The notes under the pieces were generated by a model that worked only from the letters and a program-made list of their open reading frames with translations, made no database searches and was not told the DNA's origin. A stretch of 64,000 nucleotides of DNA, from positions 336 to 64,335 of the forward strand of contig JAYUZR010000020.1 of the NCBI GenBank assembly GCA_043751595.1, in the 5' to 3' direction. Below are positions 1 through 8,030 of the stretch, piece after piece. Made by a program: the position numbers and the translations under genes. Positions within the stretch are counted from its first letter, which is position 1; each line of letters opens with the position of its first letter. The stretch comes from Candidatus Berkelbacteria bacterium. GTDB taxonomy: Bacteria > Patescibacteriota > UBA1384 > CAILIB01.

Positions 1-130
1 TACGGGCATGCCCCTCGTTTGCATACTTCATGTCCCAACTATTATCGCATTCATTTAGCTTACATGGGAAGGGCGTTAGAGCTGGCTTACACACCTCCCC
101 TGCCGACCCCAGATTGGCAGCTCAAAACAG

Positions 131-159
131 TTGATGAAACCCGCCACACCTGCTATCTT
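131..159 (+). promoter_or_regulatory. sigma70-type promoter for tRNA cluster
   Basis: TTGATG-17nt-TATCTT with extended TG, 8 nt upstream of tRNA-Thr. Confidence 0.6.
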
Positions 160-167
160 CCCTGCGT

Positions 168-242
<75 letters not shown>

Positions 243-381
243 TACTTTTACATCTGAGGTCAGAGGCAAATATGGGCTCAGTGCCCGTTTATTTGTATGA
301 TGGTTAGGCGGTGGTTTTTGTCGGTATGCGCAGTATGATTTTTGTCAGCGGTAACGCTGTAAAAATCAGACGAGCACACAT

Positions 382-456
382 GCCTCCTTAGCTCAGGGGT
401 AGAGCAACTGTTTTGTAAACAGTGGGTCGTCAGTTCAAATCTGACAGGGGGCTCCA
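382..456 (+). tRNA. tRNA-Thr(TGT)
   Basis: cloverleaf, ACTGT-TTTGTAA-ACAGT anticodon arm, GTTCAAATC, CCA. Confidence 0.97.
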
Positions 457-494
457 AATTTTTGATGGACGTGCTAGAGAAAACAGCCGAAGGC

Positions 495-583
495 GGGCTT
501 ACAGAAATTGCTTTGCAATTTCTGCTACCCCTCATTCGCTCGGTCAAAATAAGCAAGCTTATTTTTGCACCTCACTCATTTCG
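495..583 (+). repeat. tRNA 5'-flanking palindromic element, copy 1
   Basis: CCCCTCATTCGCTCGG (528-543) and CCTCACTC (570-577) recur upstream of tRNA-Pro at 55207-55284 (minus), with the same two-hairpin layout. Confidence 0.85.
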
Positions 584-669
584 GGGCAGTTACTCAAGCG
601 GTCAACGAGGGGAGACTGTAAATCTCTTGGCATCAGCCTTCTCAGGTTCGAATCCTGAACTGCCCACCA
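584..669 (+). tRNA. tRNA-Tyr(GTA)
   Basis: GGGCAGT/ACTGCCC acceptor stem, CTGTAAA loop, long variable arm, GGTTCGAATCC, CCA. Confidence 0.97.
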
Positions 670-711
670 CTCCACATTTTTGTTCTCTATTTAGTCAGTT
701 AGTTACGTCCC

Positions 712-900
712 ATGGCCAAAAAAGGCAACCGAACTTGGGTTGAAGTACTCAATAAGGAGAGTGGTCTCGCTTATGTTACTACCCGAAACAAGGTAAACCA
801 GGCGGTAAAGAAAGGTGCAGACAAAGCCAAGCTCGTTCTTAGTAAGTACGATCCAAAGCTTCGTAAGCACGTGAAGTTTACCGAGACCAAGCGCAAGTAG
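712..900 (+). CDS. rpmG: 50S ribosomal protein L33 (no Cys motifs)
   Basis: MAKKGNR...YVTTRNK...KYDPKLRKHVKFTE; position beside tRNA-Trp. Confidence 0.95.
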   Translation: MAKKGNRTWVEVLNKESGLAYVTTRNKVNQAVKKGADKAKLVLSKYDPKLRKHVKFTETKRK

Positions 901-907
901 TGCTTGG

Positions 908-935
908 GGCGCTCACTCTGGTGAGCGCCATTTTT
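908..935 (+). terminator. intrinsic terminator or processing hairpin after rpmG
   Basis: GGCGCTCAC-tctg-GTGAGCGCC followed by aTTTTT. Confidence 0.65.
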
Positions 936-937
936 CT

Positions 938-1011
938 AGGGGTATGGTGAAATGGTATCACACGGGTCTCCAAAACCCTTGTCGTAGGTCCGATTCCTAC
1001 TACCCCTGCCA
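938..1011 (+). tRNA. tRNA-Trp(CCA)
   Basis: AGGGGTA/TACCCCT acceptor stem, CTCCAAA loop, CCA end; atypical T-loop TCCGATT. Confidence 0.93.
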
Positions 1012-1051
1012 AAGCGGTGTGCATGAGCTCGTCCTCAGGCACACCGCTTTT
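1012..1051 (+). terminator. hairpin terminator after tRNA-Trp
   Basis: AAGCGGTGTGC...GCACACCGCTT plus T-run. Confidence 0.65.
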
Positions 1052-1054
1052 GTA

Positions 1055-1214
1055 TTGGTGGAAGGAGAAATCGGAGATTCCTACTCCAGTGCATTTTGCA
1101 CTGGAGCAAACCGAGTCAAAATCAGGCGTTAGCCTGACTTGACGCGGGGATACTACCCCATCCTTTGCGTGAGCAAAGCGCAAGGCACGAGCGTAGCGAG
1201 TACTACCTCTGCCA
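1055..1214 (+). repeat. structured element with partial duplications of the tRNA-Trp 3' end
   Basis: GATTCCTACT 1076-1085 (=992-1001), TACTACCCC 1151-1159, TACTACCTCTGCCA 1201-1214 (13/14 to 998-1011); several hairpins. Confidence 0.7.
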
Positions 1215-1253
1215 AGTAAGTCATCCTTACTCATACACTAAACACCTATAGGA

Positions 1254-1282
1254 TTGACACAAAAAGAATCTTAGAGTATTTT
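1254..1282 (+). promoter_or_regulatory. sigma70 promoter of orphan gene
   Basis: TTGACA-17nt-TATTTT; purine-rich GAGGAAAAGG SD before ATG 1337. Confidence 0.6.
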
Positions 1283-1336
1283 CCAGCGTCGCTAAACCAA
1301 AGGCGACCCTGGCACATGCCTTGAGGAAAAGGAAAA

Positions 1337-2284
1337 ATGATCGGAATCTTAACAGCAACACACGAAGGCGAACTAGCCGGCGACGATGGACGCACACCCA
1401 TCTCAAAAAGAGCCCTCGATACGGCAATGGCTCGCCAAGGATACCGCACCTATGCGGACCTCCTAAGCGCAGCCTTAGTTATTACCAACCACCTTACTCG
1501 GGAGATGGAGAAGCATGTCGGCATGCAACCTCGTGTGGTTTTCGAAGGTGACGAAACCAGACACTGGGTAGCGTGCGGGTACAGTGCTCTGCTTGAAAAG
1601 GGTAAGCCAGGCAATGACGAGATCTTGCCATGCCAGCCGGAGGACTTAGCCATCAACTTATACTGGGATGGCTACGAAGCAATTACCAGGATGGTGAGAT
1701 TTGGGTGGTTTGCCAATTCAGACCTGGCAATTAACAAAGCCCTTCTCTTCTTCTTGGAAATTGAGGAGCATCTCACGAGCTTTCCCAATGCCCGGATATT
1801 CATCGAGCTACTTGGAACTCGCACACGCAGTAGAGTTCTCACCGAAAGTAGTCGAGGGGTACTAATCCCCTTCGAAACCGGTATTAAGGGAATGAAATCA
1901 CCTGATATTTTACTTGAGGTGATTCTGTCGCTAGCAAGGCGCGAGTACGCGGATGAAGAGAGTCTGGAGGCACTCGGTGGAATAGAACAGCCGTACACCA
2001 TCACCTCCGCTAAAGCCACACTAACAGTGGCACCGAGGTGGAGCGACATGGGTGTACATAACATCTCCAACCCAGAGGCCTTGGACATGAAGGACTTCTC
2101 AGGCAACTGGAAGGTGCCACCGATAACACACGCCCTTGCGATCGCCGCAAAAGCCTGTAAGGATCGTGGACTCGTAGTAAAGGAAACTTTCCACTATGAC
2201 CGAGTTCCTTCTAGTAATCCCCTACTCAAGGGTGACGACAGTGACAACTTCATGGATGAAAGAGTGATTTTTATCCTGGGATAA
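1337..2284 (+). CDS. hypothetical protein, faint phosphofructokinase-like motifs
   Basis: 315-aa ORF with own promoter, SD and terminator; IGILT, GYSALL, RIFIELLG, VLIP echo PfkA motifs. Confidence 0.75.
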   Translation: MIGILTATHEGELAGDDGRTPISKRALDTAMARQGYRTYADLLSAALVITNHLTREMEKHVGMQPRVVFEGDETRHWVACGYSALLEKGKPGNDEILPCQPEDLAINLYWDGYEAITRMVRFGWFANSDLAINKALLFFLEIEEHLTSFPNARIFIELLGTRTRSRVLTESSRGVLIPFETGIKGMKSPDILLEVILSLARREYADEESLEALGGIEQPYTITSAKATLTVAPRWSDMGVHNISNPEALDMKDFSGNWKVPPITHALAIAAKACKDRGLVVKETFHYDRVPSSNPLLKGDDSDNFMDERVIFILG

Positions 2285-2296
2285 TAATCCACAAAA

Positions 2297-2329
2297 AGAG
2301 AAGGCGACCCTAGCGGGTCGCTTTTTCTC
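2297..2329. terminator. bidirectional terminator
   Basis: AGAGAAGGCGACCC-tagc-GGGTCGCTTTTTCTC between convergent genes. Confidence 0.8.
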
Positions 2330-2340
2330 ATTTAACCCTC

Positions 2341-2724
2341 TCACTCCCCCACCTTAATAATCCATCCAATACCAAACTTGTCCCTAAACATCCCGAAGTA
2401 TGCACCCTCAGGATCTTCGTCCATAAGCACCTCAACGGTTCCACCGGCTGAAAGCCCAGTAAATATCTTTTCAGCTTCCTCGCGGCTTTCAGCGCTAACA
2501 GATATTTTGGACCGGTTTTCATTTTCACTTACCCGACCCATACTTTCCGGCACGTCATTAGCGATCAAGGTAGTGCCGCCGATCGGCAATGTAATCTGCA
2601 TGATCTTGTCCGAACCCTCCACACGCGTAACCTTGCCAAAGTCTCCGCCAAATACCGATCGGTAAAACTCGAACGCCTCTTCGGCGTTTCCGTTGAAGTT
2701 AATCCAGGGATTAATCTGCGCCAT
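2341..2724 (-). CDS. VOC/PhnB-like glyoxalase family protein
   Basis: INPWINFNGNAEEAFEFYRSVFGG...DKFGIGW. Confidence 0.9.
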   Translation of the reverse strand: MAQINPWINFNGNAEEAFEFYRSVFGGDFGKVTRVEGSDKIMQITLPIGGTTLIANDVPESMGRVSENENRSKISVSAESREEAEKIFTGLSAGGTVEVLMDEDPEGAYFGMFRDKFGIGWIIKVGE

Positions 2725-2753
2725 AGCTTTTTAGTTAGTAGCTAATAACAACC

Positions 2754-3161
2754 CTACTTCCCCATCTCCACAAACTTCTTAAAATTATCCAAATACGCCT
2801 GCCATCCCTCACGCTGTAGTTCTTCAGAGTTCTCTGTCTCAGGGTCAAATGACTCATCAACCCGAGTCCCGCCTTCAACCTCGGTAAATACCACACGAAT
2901 TTTTCGGCCATCATCCATCGTAGAATCGATAAGCTTCTCTGGCTCTACAGTGTTGTAGGTCCAGCCAAAAATAAACTCCGACGAGCCATCTTTAGCAAAG
3001 TTTCGTGAACTGCACTTACCGCCAACCCGTAAATCGTTTTCAATACCCTCGGCGCCCCAGGTATCACTTGCAAATGACCAAAACTGCACGCTCTTAACAT
3101 CGTTCCATTTGACCCACACTTCGCTCAGATCCGCCGCAATAGTTGTCGAAATATCGATCAT
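2754..3161 (-). CDS. SRPBCC (AHSA1-like) domain protein
   Basis: DLRVGG...DGS..F.F...DDGR...QREGWQAYLDNFKKFVE. Confidence 0.9.
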   Translation of the reverse strand: MIDISTTIAADLSEVWVKWNDVKSVQFWSFASDTWGAEGIENDLRVGGKCSSRNFAKDGSSEFIFGWTYNTVEPEKLIDSTMDDGRKIRVVFTEVEGGTRVDESFDPETENSEELQREGWQAYLDNFKKFVEMGK

Positions 3162-3264
3162 ACTAACTCTAAGATTACATTACGTGGTGAGACCCGCTCT
3201 AACGCCTTCTATTTTGCTATTCTATTCGTAATCAAGCAATTGCATACCTTATAACGTTATTTGC

Positions 3265-4014
3265 ATGGAGGCAGAGCCCCAACCAAATCGAGTCGAGCGG
3301 ATAAGTACTAAGCGCAGCCCTCTTTTGCGGCGCCTCAAGCAAGGTGCTGCACTGGCCGCAAAAAATACTCAACATACCCTTGCACCTAAAAACGTACCCA
3401 GAAAACTCTTTGTGGCTACCCCCTACTATTCTCAGTGGGAATCCCCAGAAATGGTCTCCGACTTAATGCAGGGCAAGCGCAGAGCAGAAGACGATCCAAA
3501 GTGGAGAGAATCCGGTGCCAAAACAGAAAAAGAATACGCCCTCTGGAGCTGGTCCTGCTGCGGCATGGCATGCCTAAAGATGGTTCTTGCTCGCCGGACG
3601 GGTGGTATTCATCCTATTATTTCTCTCGCTCACGAAGTAGAAAAGTACGGCGGCTACCGTGCTAGCGAAGACTTTATTGACGGCCTGTATTACAAGCCGC
3701 TTTGCACCTACCTGCAAGAAAAACACCAGCTTTCTGCACGTCCCGTCCCCGCCTTGCCTATACATGAAATTATTTCTGCACTAGCTAAGGGTGAAGATGT
3801 CATACTCTCCGTAGTGGCCACCATTCGCTTCCCCGAAAGCCAGCCCCCGTCTCGCGGTGGGCACCTAGTACTTGTAGTGGGCTACGATCTTGATAAAGAA
3901 GAACTCTATATTCACAATCCTTCTGGGTTTTATGGAGAAACGCAAGAGGCTGCACCGATTACTTTTAAGCAACTAAAGAAGTTCTTTGATTACAAGGGAG
4001 TGATAATCAAGTGA
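3265..4014 (+). CDS. C39-like cysteine peptidase family protein
   Basis: PYYSQ, CGMACLKM, GGHLVLVVG, IHNPSG. Confidence 0.8.
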   Translation: MEAEPQPNRVERISTKRSPLLRRLKQGAALAAKNTQHTLAPKNVPRKLFVATPYYSQWESPEMVSDLMQGKRRAEDDPKWRESGAKTEKEYALWSWSCCGMACLKMVLARRTGGIHPIISLAHEVEKYGGYRASEDFIDGLYYKPLCTYLQEKHQLSARPVPALPIHEIISALAKGEDVILSVVATIRFPESQPPSRGGHLVLVVGYDLDKEELYIHNPSGFYGETQEAAPITFKQLKKFFDYKGVIIK

Positions 4015-4027
4015 ATAGTCTCTAGCC

Positions 4028-4489
4028 ATGCAACAAGGAATCGATTACATCGGCCTAGGAGTTGGCGGAATCATCTTCAACGAAGACGGTAGAATCTTCG
4101 CCTCACTGCGCGGTAAGGGAGTGCGCAACGAACCCGGCACATGGGAGTTTCCTGGCGGCGGAGTCGAGTTTGGAGAAACCGCCATGCAGGCCATCGAGCG
4201 AGAAACCCTTGAGGAATTCGGCATGACTGTTACGGCAAAGGAGTCCCTTGGGTACATCGATTTTCTTCTTCCTGAGGTTGGTCAGCACTGGGTCGGACTA
4301 CACTTTTTGTGTGAACTAACCAGTGGCGAAGGCACCATTTGCGAGCCAGATAAGTGCGAAAAGATCGGCTGGTTTAGCGCAGAAGAATTACTAACACTAG
4401 ACCTATCTACGCCTACAAAAAAGCTGATTGCAAACTTGGAAGAGAAACGTAGCGCACCACTAACCTCAATCGAAATACATACCCCATGA
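4028..4489 (+). CDS. NUDIX hydrolase
   Basis: GGGVEFGETAMQAIERETLEEFG Nudix box. Confidence 0.93.
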   Translation: MQQGIDYIGLGVGGIIFNEDGRIFASLRGKGVRNEPGTWEFPGGGVEFGETAMQAIERETLEEFGMTVTAKESLGYIDFLLPEVGQHWVGLHFLCELTSGEGTICEPDKCEKIGWFSAEELLTLDLSTPTKKLIANLEEKRSAPLTSIEIHTP

Positions 4490-5145
4490 TCACCCTCGAG
4501 CTTATCTCACAAACCACCCTCACCGCAGACATTGCTCATTTTGTGTTCAGGCCTCACCGGCGCGTGGAGCGAAAAGCTGGCCAGTACGTAGTGCTCTTTG
4601 CTCCAAATGGCGATGCTCGAGCCCTCTCCATCGCCAGCGCACCGCACGAAGACACGATTGAGTTTATTACTCACATAAGTCCAAGTCCGTATAAGCAATC
4701 GCTGAATACCCTAGAGCCTGGTGAGACCGCCACTATGACCGAACCAATTAGCAGCTTTCTTTGGCCAGACAGTCAAGAAAATCCCCTCCTTATCGCCGGT
4801 GGCGTTGGTGTTAGCTCATTTCGGGCAATCTGGCGCGATCGAGCACACCGAAAACTAGATCTCACAGCTGAGCTCTATTATTATGCGGCGAGTAATCAGT
4901 TTTTGTTTACTGAAGAGCTAGATGAACTTACCGCAACCCATCCAGAATTTGCTGTACATCGAGTGACTAGCGGAATTACCGAGCGCGGGAGTATTAAGGA
5001 AGTGGAAACTCGTTCGGAACGACTCGTACTAATGTCTGGCGTGTATAGCCAAGGCAAGCCTCAAGATTTTGCCCAGCCCAACTTCCAGGAGGCTCTTGCG
5101 CGCGAGGAAGCAACTTTTGCAGAGGTAGTGCAGAAACTCTCGTAA
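4486..5145 (+). CDS. FAD-binding FNR-family oxidoreductase
   Basis: GQY, RALSIAS, IAGGVG motifs; ATGA overlap with upstream gene. Confidence 0.85.
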   Translation: MITLELISQTTLTADIAHFVFRPHRRVERKAGQYVVLFAPNGDARALSIASAPHEDTIEFITHISPSPYKQSLNTLEPGETATMTEPISSFLWPDSQENPLLIAGGVGVSSFRAIWRDRAHRKLDLTAELYYYAASNQFLFTEELDELTATHPEFAVHRVTSGITERGSIKEVETRSERLVLMSGVYSQGKPQDFAQPNFQEALAREEATFAEVVQKLS

Positions 5146-5148
5146 GCC

Positions 5149-5502
5149 ATGAACCTAGATAGCGCCATCTTCTACAGTCACGATATTACCAAGGTAATCC
5201 CTTTTTACATTGACACTGTCGGCCTTACAGTCGAGTACAAAACCGAGCGTTTTGTATCGTTTAATTTTCCAAATGGGGCAAAGCTTGGGATCAAGAATCA
5301 AACCAAAGAACGAGAAGTCCCTGGTTTTCAAACCGTTTTTATCTCTGTTGAAGATGTGGCCACGCTTTATGCAAAACACAAAGAACAGAATCTTGATTTT
5401 TATGGCGAGCTAACCGAATTTGATTGGGGAACTGAATACAGTATTTTAGATCCTGATAAGAATAAAATTCTTTTTGTTCAGAAGCCCTCGTCTACTCCAT
5501 GA
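5149..5502 (+). CDS. VOC/glyoxalase family protein
   Basis: FY...GL, VEDV, WG...ILDPDKN. Confidence 0.85.
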   Translation: MNLDSAIFYSHDITKVIPFYIDTVGLTVEYKTERFVSFNFPNGAKLGIKNQTKEREVPGFQTVFISVEDVATLYAKHKEQNLDFYGELTEFDWGTEYSILDPDKNKILFVQKPSSTP

Positions 5503-6143
5503 ACTCTCACTGGAAACTCCCCACCAGCATCGGAATTGCCACCTTTTTTCTGGGTTGGTGCGTTTGGATGATTGCCGCCTTTAGGTATAACGCGTTTTGG
5601 TATGGTGGCGGAGTAGATTACCCAGTGATAGCCAACCCCAGCCTCTTGATTGGTGATGCTCTTGCCCTCCCCTTCTTCAACGCCTTTGCTGCGCGATGGC
5701 TTTTTGCATATGGGTCTCGTAAACAACTAAGCGCGTCAATCTGGCTCACCATACTAGCTCTCGCATTAAGCGCCTACCAACACTGGATCTGGACCACCGA
5801 CACGACCAATGGCCTGATTGACCCGCACTACACCATATCGGTGGTCGGGGTTTGGCATGCGATATTTAGTGGACTGCAGCTTGGATTTATTCTTAGCTTC
5901 CTTAGCCAGTGGCTGCGTGTATCCCCAAACACAACTGCAGCACATGAAGGGCTAAGAGTCTGGTATATTTTTTATGGCTTCGCTTTCGTCTCTTTACTAG
6001 ATGGATTACTCGCCCATTATCTTAGTGGAGAAAGTGGCAGCCTTGTCCTTAGTTTAGTGACACATCCCGAAAGGCTGTATCAGCCGGTGCTTATTGTGGG
6101 GATTGGGTTATTTGCAGGCAGACGTATAAAGAAATTATCATGA
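5499..6143 (+). CDS. hypothetical multi-pass membrane protein
   Basis: about six hydrophobic segments; ATGA overlaps on both sides. Confidence 0.75.
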   Translation: MNSHWKLPTSIGIATFFLGWCVWMIAAFRYNAFWYGGGVDYPVIANPSLLIGDALALPFFNAFAARWLFAYGSRKQLSASIWLTILALALSAYQHWIWTTDTTNGLIDPHYTISVVGVWHAIFSGLQLGFILSFLSQWLRVSPNTTAAHEGLRVWYIFYGFAFVSLLDGLLAHYLSGESGSLVLSLVTHPERLYQPVLIVGIGLFAGRRIKKLS

Positions 6144-6529
6144 CCCAAGACATCACCAACTACAACGACCAGCAGTCGCCCACCAACAAAGCAATCTGCG
6201 AGACTCTTGCCCAAGAAATTACTGCCGGACTACCAGGTGCTGAAAGTAAAGTATGGCACGGGCACCCCGTCTGGTTTTTGGAAGGAAATCCCATTACTGG
6301 CTACAGCGTACTCAAGAACTCTGTTCAACTACTATTCTGGAGCGGCCAGTCATTTTGTGAACCAGGACTTGAAGATGAGGGCACTTTTAAAGCCTCACAA
6401 GTTCGCTATACCGATGTGGAACAGATTGCCGTTGACGATCTTAGGCGCTGGCTACAAAAAGGTTTTGAGATCCAGTGGGACTATAAGAATATCGTTAAGC
6501 GAAGGGGTGAGTTATTGCGCCTAAAGTAA
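6140..6529 (+). CDS. DUF1801 domain protein
   Basis: KVWHGHPVWFLEGNPITGYS...QWDYKNIVKRRG. Confidence 0.88.
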   Translation: MTQDITNYNDQQSPTNKAICETLAQEITAGLPGAESKVWHGHPVWFLEGNPITGYSVLKNSVQLLFWSGQSFCEPGLEDEGTFKASQVRYTDVEQIAVDDLRRWLQKGFEIQWDYKNIVKRRGELLRLK

Positions 6530-6538
6530 ATAGCTTAC

Positions 6539-7402
6539 TTACAACAGCTCTACGCCTTTTTCTTTTTTGGCTAGCACCAAAAAGTTTTCCCCACTCACCA
6601 CTTTCCTACCGGTTTCCTGCTCAAGCTGTTTACGCGCAGTACCCGCAACCGATCCGCCGCGCCTGGCAGCATCAGTATTTTCCAGCATACCCAGTGCGTC
6701 ATCGGTCCGAGCAATCTCAGTAGTTGCCGCCTCACCAAGCTGGGCAAAAAGCAGTTCCAGGTCGCCCATATGGTCTCGTAAGTTTTCGCGCTGTAAGCCC
6801 TTAAGCTTTTTTGTATTCGCTTGGTGTAACTCCGAAGGTTGCCTTGGAGATTTCAGCGGTAAGAATGGCAAAATCCTGCTTAGAGGTTACTCCGCGCCTC
6901 TCCCACTCATCGGTTAGCTCTTGCCGAACAGCAATACCGCGCACTCGGCGCTAGATCCATTCATCAGAGTGGCCTTTAGATTTGTAGAGTGCCTTCATTC
7001 GCTTTTGTGCCAATTCTGGATCTTCAATTTCTTGCACCCGTTCATACCCAGTCTTGGCCAACCACTTTTTAAACGGCTCTGCCTTTTTACTAGGGATAGA
7101 CTGGATAAGCCGAAATAGGCCTTCCGTATTCCAGGAAAGTAACTTTTGCTTGCCACCAGGTGTATCGAAGGCAAGTGCAAGGGGGGGTACAATTTGTACC
7201 CCCCTTTATCCTGAGGATAAAATAGCAGCGCAAGCTCGCTGTCACGTTGACGCAACCTTTTTAGGTATTGAGTTGGATCGACAGAGTCGGTAAGGACAGC
7301 AATTACATCGGTAATTACAAACCACCACTCTCCGCCGTGCAATTGCCGACGGATTTCCTTCTGGCGAAAGACAACTAACTTTTCTTGTGGTGCGCTATTC
7401 AT
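6539..7402 (-). pseudogene. BRO-N domain (antirepressor-like) pseudogene
   Basis: BRO-like protein recoverable across frames: frameshift at G6 (7199-7204), in-frame TAG (6951-6953), frameshift at A6 (6807-6812). Confidence 0.88.
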
Positions 7403-7412
7403 GCAACGGATT

Positions 7413-8021
7413 TTACTCCTTGGACCGCACAAAGTCATCCTGCAGCCCGATCCCGTCAAAAATAGCATCTCGCCACTTTTCAATCCGGTCCATACGGGTT
7501 TTTGATTGCTTAGCTCCGGCAAAGTACAAAAGGTAGCCGCGTTGACGGCCAGGAGTTAATTCTTCAAAAGCACGCCTGAAGCCCGGGTCTTCGTCGAAGG
7601 CCTCTTTTAGTTCATCGGGTATTTCGTAGTCTTCGGTTTTTCGGTATTCAACCTTAAGTCCGGCTTTTTCCACCCTAATTGCCTCCGCGATATAGTCTTT
7701 AAGCACTTGCTCTAACTGAACAATTTGAGCCATACTCGTGAATCGGATTTGTCTACCTGCTTGCACATTTTCAGTTTGCTGAATCAGCAAGTGCCCAGGG
7801 TCGGCCATAAGTGCGCCTTTGAAAAATAAGAGGGCGACATACTGCTTAAACCCATGAATAATCAGGACGTTTGCCCCATAAATGGTATAGCAAGCCTCTT
7901 CCCACTTTAGCTCCTCGGTAAGACCACAAGCCAGAACCAGCTCTCTAAGCGCCTGCGTTTCAGCCTGCCACTGGCTAAGGCGTTCGATACGGGCCGAGAC
8001 TTCTGGGTTATGAGTGGCCAT
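7413..8021 (-). CDS. YdeI/OmpD-associated DUF1801 protein
   Basis: LTEELKW..CY, FFKGAL, LTPGRQRGY, AKQSKTR; start 8021 or 8027. Confidence 0.9.
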   Translation of the reverse strand: MATHNPEVSARIERLSQWQAETQALRELVLACGLTEELKWEEACYTIYGANVLIIHGFKQYVALLFFKGALMADPGHLLIQQTENVQAGRQIRFTSMAQIVQLEQVLKDYIAEAIRVEKAGLKVEYRKTEDYEIPDELKEAFDEDPGFRRAFEELTPGRQRGYLLYFAGAKQSKTRMDRIEKWRDAIFDGIGLQDDFVRSKE

Positions 8022-8030
8022 TTGCAAGGA

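Noticed and set aside
278-1234. ORF-track ORFs overlapping the tRNA cluster (278-556, 422-658, 462-743, 878-1234, 944-1132)
   Set aside because: They overlap clear tRNA genes or rpmG and show no protein motifs.
3265-6143. Alternative genetic code (TGA=Gly or Trp)
   Set aside because: TGA ends genes at natural family ends and in ATGA overlaps (4486-4489, 5499-5502, 6140-6143).
6807-7204. Programmed frameshifting or TAG recoding in the BRO gene
   Set aside because: It would need two frameshifts plus readthrough, and TAG ends many intact genes here; decay is simpler.
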